The notes beneath the pieces were generated by a model, which searched no databases, had not been told where the DNA came from, and worked only from the letters and a program-made list of their open reading frames with translations. Shown one piece after another: positions 60,458-64,000 of a stretch of DNA of 64,000 nt. The first letter of the stretch is position 1. Each line of letters begins with the position of its first letter. The translations under genes were made by a program, and so were the position numbers. The stretch is from Desulfobacterales bacterium (GTDB taxonomy: Bacteria; Desulfobacterota; Desulfobacteria; Desulfobacterales; UBA5852): positions 576,001 to 640,000 of the forward strand of contig CAXXVS010000002.1 in NCBI GenBank assembly GCA_963674755.2. Direction: 5' to 3'.

Positions 60458-60501
60458 CTTTCACGCCGGCGACAGGGGTTCGAATCCCCTTGGGGACGCC
60501 A
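60458..60501 (+). repeat. attR: duplicated 3' half of tRNA-Glu
   Basis: CTTTCACGCCGGCGACAGGGGTTCGAATCCCCTTGGGGACGCCA is identical to 58304-58347; the 5' half is absent. Confidence 0.95.
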
Positions 60502-60575
60502 ATTTCGCATAACAGGCACCTGATTCGGGTGCCTGATTTACATCGTCCGGCCGACGTGCCGGACGTTGGATGATG

Positions 60576-60609
60576 AAACCCCCGATGCGAATGCATCCGG
60601 GGGTTTTTT
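60576..60609 (+). terminator. Intrinsic terminator after attR
   Basis: AAACCCCCG-ATGC..GCAT-CCGGGGGTTTTTT. Confidence 0.85.
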
Positions 60610-60796
60610 GATGGCGCCGCCTACCGCCAGTTCTTCATCTATCGCTTTTTGCGATCGCTCTAAAGGGTAAAGCGCCACTTTGACTGAAATCTCCCCACTT
60701 ATGATGTTTCTGTGCAACAAATGGGAAAATGAGGTATTATAGAAAATATTCAGGACTGATGGGCTAATAGAACTTAACCAACCGAAGGAAATCACC

Positions 60797-60901
60797 ATGT
60801 CTAAAGCACGCGACACCCAAAAGGATGTGAAGAAAAAGTCCGAGAAATCATTGAAGGAGAAACGCAAGGAAAAAAAGCAGAAGAAATCTAAAAAAGGATA
60901 G
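60797..60901 (+). CDS. Tiny Lys-rich protein (34 aa)
   Basis: MSKARDTQKDVKKKSEKSLKEKRKEKKQKKSKKG; AAGGA RBS; below the ORF-track size cutoff. Confidence 0.7.
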   Translation: MSKARDTQKDVKKKSEKSLKEKRKEKKQKKSKKG

Positions 60902-61089
60902 GGGCGTCCATAGAATTTTCCCCAAAATTTCATTCGATTGCCTCGCGCTTGTCTTGATCATCTACTCAGAGTGAATATATTGACACTCAGGGCGATTCCG
61001 AGGAGGCGATCGAATCATTCCGCGACAGAATGCCACCATTCTGAATCTGTAGTTGTATACGACCCGCCGCCCATCACCTAGTGCAATGA

Positions 61090-61117
61090 CCATCCATAGA
61101 AGGCATCTTTCGGCCCC
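61090..61117 (-). repeat. Fragment of the palindromic repeat family
   Basis: CCATCCATAGAAGGCATCTTTCGGCCCC matches the copy C arm with 2 mismatches. Confidence 0.6.
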
Positions 61118-61466
61118 GCCGCCGGTGGACCGGGTCCCCGAACGGGGATAACTCCACCTATGGCGGACAAGCCGGGGTTTCCGCTGGTTTTCAATTATAG
61201 AGATAGCGCGCTATTGCTCCGGTTGACAGCTACCGTTGGGAAGCGATCAGACGGGAAATCCCGCGGAGCGGGAAAACGCGCCCGGATCTTGCCAGAAACC
61301 AAAATCTCCCCTTTATGGACGGACACGCACACAGTCGACTTTCCCTGAATTCACCGTCTGCCGTTCATTTCGATAACGGTCGCTGCAAACAGGAAACCAA
61401 TGACGCTATATGTCGCATCTCGGCGACATTCCATTACCATACCCAATGATGAAAGGAGACGGTACC

Positions 61467-63464
61467 ATGAACAAGGTTAGGGGGATGTTGGTTTATCTGG
61501 CGATGGTGTCGGCGGCGCTTATTTTAGCAGCCGTTGGCTGCCAAAGCTTGCAAAATGGCCTGTCGAAGGGTTCCGGCGGGGAATCGAATACAGACACGCT
61601 GGCCAATACGCAAAAAAGCGTGTTGAAGGCGGAACCGGGAACGCCGGACGGCATATTGCTCATGCAGGCCAGATATCTGATCGGTGAGCTTCCCCAGAAG
61701 ATGCCCGGTAGTGAAAACGATACGCCGGCAATGGTGGCACTGGGCAAAAAGCTTTATTTTGAAACGGCCATTTCGATCAACAGGACCCAATCCTGCAACG
61801 ACTGCCACCCCATCGACAACACTAGCGCCGGCGCCGACAACCGGAAAACGGGTTTGGGGGCATTGGGCAAAAACGGGCCGCGCAACGACCCGTCGACCCT
61901 GAATGCCGGGTTTCAAATTGCCCAATTCTGGGATGGCCGGTCACCCGATCTGGCGGACCAGGCCAAAGGCCCGGTACTGAACCCCATTGAAATGGGCATG
62001 CCGGATCCGGCCGAGGTTTTACAACGCCTGAAAACCGCCGGTTACACGCAAGATTTTAAAAATGCCTTTCCGGGCCAGGAAGACCCGTTGACCTACGACA
62101 ATTTTGGTCAAGCCGTCGCCGCCTTCGAGCGGACGCTGATTTCCCGGGCCCGCATCGACCGGTTTATCATGGGTGACGCGGATGCGTTGACGGACCAGGA
62201 AAAAGAGGGCATGCGCCTATTCATGGATGTGGGCTGTATCCAATGTCACAGCGGACCGGTGGTCGGCGGTGCGATGTTCCAGAAAATGGGCATCTTTGAT
62301 GCCTATGCCGATGAAAAGGACAAAGGGCGATACGACGTCACCAAAAATGAGGACGATCTTTTTGTATTCAAAGTCCCCATGCTTCGAAACGCCACGCTCA
62401 CCGCGCCATATTTCCATGACGGTGGCGTTGGAACCATTGCCGAGGCGGTGGATCTGATGGGCAACCTTCAGTTGAACCGCCAGCTCACCAACGAACAAAA
62501 CGACCGGCTGATCCGTTTCTTGACCGCGCTGGCGGACGAAACGCGCACCCAGCCCGCCATGCCCCAGGCCATTAAGGCGGTCAGCGGCCCGACACCGCCG
62601 GACATGGCGACCCTCACCAATGATGCCCAGGGCGAACGCGTGAAATACGGCTATGCCCTGGTCACCGATACCTTCCGTCTGCTGGGCCGCAAAACCGGCG
62701 ATGCCGGCCCGTACTACGTCGGCAACAAACTCGCGTGCACCAATTGCCATCAGGACAAAGGGACCAAAATCTATGGTTTTTCCTGGGTCGGCGTATCCTC
62801 GGCCTATCCCCGGTACCGCGGCCGCGAGGACAAGGTGCAGGGGCTCAAGCAGCGGATCAACGGTTGCTTCCAACGCAGCCTGAACGGCAACCCGCTGCCG
62901 GAGGACAGCAAGGAGATGAATGCGATCGTGGCCTATCTGGACTGGCTCTCCGCCGGCGTCCCCAAGGAGAAGGCGATATTGGGAAGATCACCGTTCACGC
63001 CGCCCCCGCGCATGGCCGACCTGAAAAATGGGGCGGAGCAATATGCGGTGTTTTGTCAGTCATGTCACGGCAGCGACGGGGCCGGCTTCCAGGCGGCCAG
63101 CGATTCCCAGGCCGATGCGGGGGCCTATATCACACCGGCCGTATGGGGCGATGGGAGCTATAACAACGGCGCGGGAGCCAACCGCCTCTTGACCCTGGCG
63201 CCCTTTCTGCAATCCAATATGCCCCTGGGCACGGGGTACCGCCATCCGGTGCTCTCCACGGACGATGCCTACGATGTCGCCGCCTACGTCGATTCGATGC
63301 CGCGCCCCCAGATGGCCAACCTGGCGAAAGACTACCCCAAGCTGATCAAAAAGCCGGTGGATTGCCCCTATCCGCCGTATGCGGATGGGTTTTCGCAGGA
63401 ACAGCATCAGTTCGGCCCGTTTCAGCCTATTATGGCGGCAAGGAAAAACGCCCCGGCGAAATAA
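61467..63464 (+). CDS. Tetraheme lipoprotein: cytochrome c peroxidase fused to TsdA thiosulfate dehydrogenase/tetrathionate reductase
   Basis: Lipobox AVGC; CCP part has CNDCH, QFWDGR, NPIEMG, CIQCH, FKVP.LRN...TAPYFHDG; TsdA part has CTNCH, RINGCFQRS, CQSCH, NMP; AAGGAG RBS. Confidence 0.85.
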   Translation: MNKVRGMLVYLAMVSAALILAAVGCQSLQNGLSKGSGGESNTDTLANTQKSVLKAEPGTPDGILLMQARYLIGELPQKMPGSENDTPAMVALGKKLYFETAISINRTQSCNDCHPIDNTSAGADNRKTGLGALGKNGPRNDPSTLNAGFQIAQFWDGRSPDLADQAKGPVLNPIEMGMPDPAEVLQRLKTAGYTQDFKNAFPGQEDPLTYDNFGQAVAAFERTLISRARIDRFIMGDADALTDQEKEGMRLFMDVGCIQCHSGPVVGGAMFQKMGIFDAYADEKDKGRYDVTKNEDDLFVFKVPMLRNATLTAPYFHDGGVGTIAEAVDLMGNLQLNRQLTNEQNDRLIRFLTALADETRTQPAMPQAIKAVSGPTPPDMATLTNDAQGERVKYGYALVTDTFRLLGRKTGDAGPYYVGNKLACTNCHQDKGTKIYGFSWVGVSSAYPRYRGREDKVQGLKQRINGCFQRSLNGNPLPEDSKEMNAIVAYLDWLSAGVPKEKAILGRSPFTPPPRMADLKNGAEQYAVFCQSCHGSDGAGFQAASDSQADAGAYITPAVWGDGSYNNGAGANRLLTLAPFLQSNMPLGTGYRHPVLSTDDAYDVAAYVDSMPRPQMANLAKDYPKLIKKPVDCPYPPYADGFSQEQHQFGPFQPIMAARKNAPAK

Positions 63465-63573
63465 CCAGCGGCGATTCACACCGGCGGGATCAGTTTATGA
63501 TACCAGTACTTGCGCGTAATCGTCGGCGAAGTCCGGCTGGTAGAGCCGCTGATTCATAGGATAAAAAGGAGAT

Positions 63574-63607
63574 AAATAAGGCCCTGAATTTCAGGGCCTT
63601 ATTTTTT
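63574..63607. terminator. Intrinsic terminator, possibly bidirectional
   Basis: AAATAAGGCCCTGA-att-TCAGGGCCTTATTTTTT. Confidence 0.9.
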
Positions 63608-64000
63608 CTGCACCGCAAAGCGTAAAGGACTATCCTTCCAAATCCACCCGAGCGATGCAGGGCGCACCATTATGCGCCCATCGCGGTGGGGGCCTTCCAT
63701 GGACGACCTGACCTTATAAACTTCAAGCGGCTCTTCTCATTAAACCTTCGGCATGGCGTAATGGCACCGGTCACAGGATGGCATCTTTTAGCCACCAAAG
63801 ATGATGCATCGGGTCGCATTGCGCGCTAGGGTTTCCTCCGTAAAATTCCCCTAAAAATGTTCTGATCGTCCTTATGACCGACCACGATTCCATAGCGGTT
63901 ATGAAATATAATAAAATTATGAAATAGAAAAAAAGGGGGATCGTCACATCTTACCAATACATTACATAACTATCTGAATATATAAAACATTCAAATTTTC

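Larger units (their letters stand above)
58304..60501. mobile_element. Integrase-less mini genomic island in tRNA-Glu carrying a CALIN
   Basis: Identical 44-bp direct repeats at 58304-58347 and 60458-60501; AT-rich cargo; three attC sites; no integrase ORF. Confidence 0.85.

Noticed and set aside
60458..60501. Second tRNA-Glu gene
   Set aside because: Only the 3' half is present; the acceptor 5' strand and D arm are missing, so this is an att duplicate.
61235..61305. Cobalamin riboswitch upstream of the CCP-TsdA gene
   Set aside because: Only scattered GGGAA/GCCAG words; the conserved B12-box architecture is absent.
63536..63562. tRNA-like fragment GGTAGAGCCGCTGATTCATA
   Set aside because: No complementary anticodon stem, T arm or acceptor stem.
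63777..63793. Additional copy of the palindromic repeat
   Set aside because: Only about 17 bp of similarity (GATGGCATCTTTTAGCC) with no partner arm.

Overview
GC-rich bacterial chromosomal segment. The gene content (rnfCDGEAB, rubrerythrin-like proteins, two Lon-family proteases, Trk, BirA-BioY-ECF) suggests a Desulfobacterales-type deltaproteobacterium, which is an inference. Most of 1-57.8 kb is housekeeping. Points of interest: (i) an unannotated first cistron M-S-UGA-F... (19028-19126, minus strand) with a promoter, a strong RBS and a SECIS-like hairpin, i.e. a candidate 32-aa selenopeptide upstream of a membrane TPR gene; (ii) a family of ~145-190 bp rod-like palindromic intergenic elements (five full copies plus fragments) with compensatory changes; (iii) a ~2.2 kb integrase-less island in tRNA-Glu, bounded by a 44-bp direct repeat and carrying three attC sites and two integron cassettes, one encoding an ApeA-like HEPN protein; (iv) a tetraheme lipoprotein that fuses a cytochrome c peroxidase to a TsdA thiosulfate dehydrogenase. 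All calls come from reading motifs by eye; no database searches were run.
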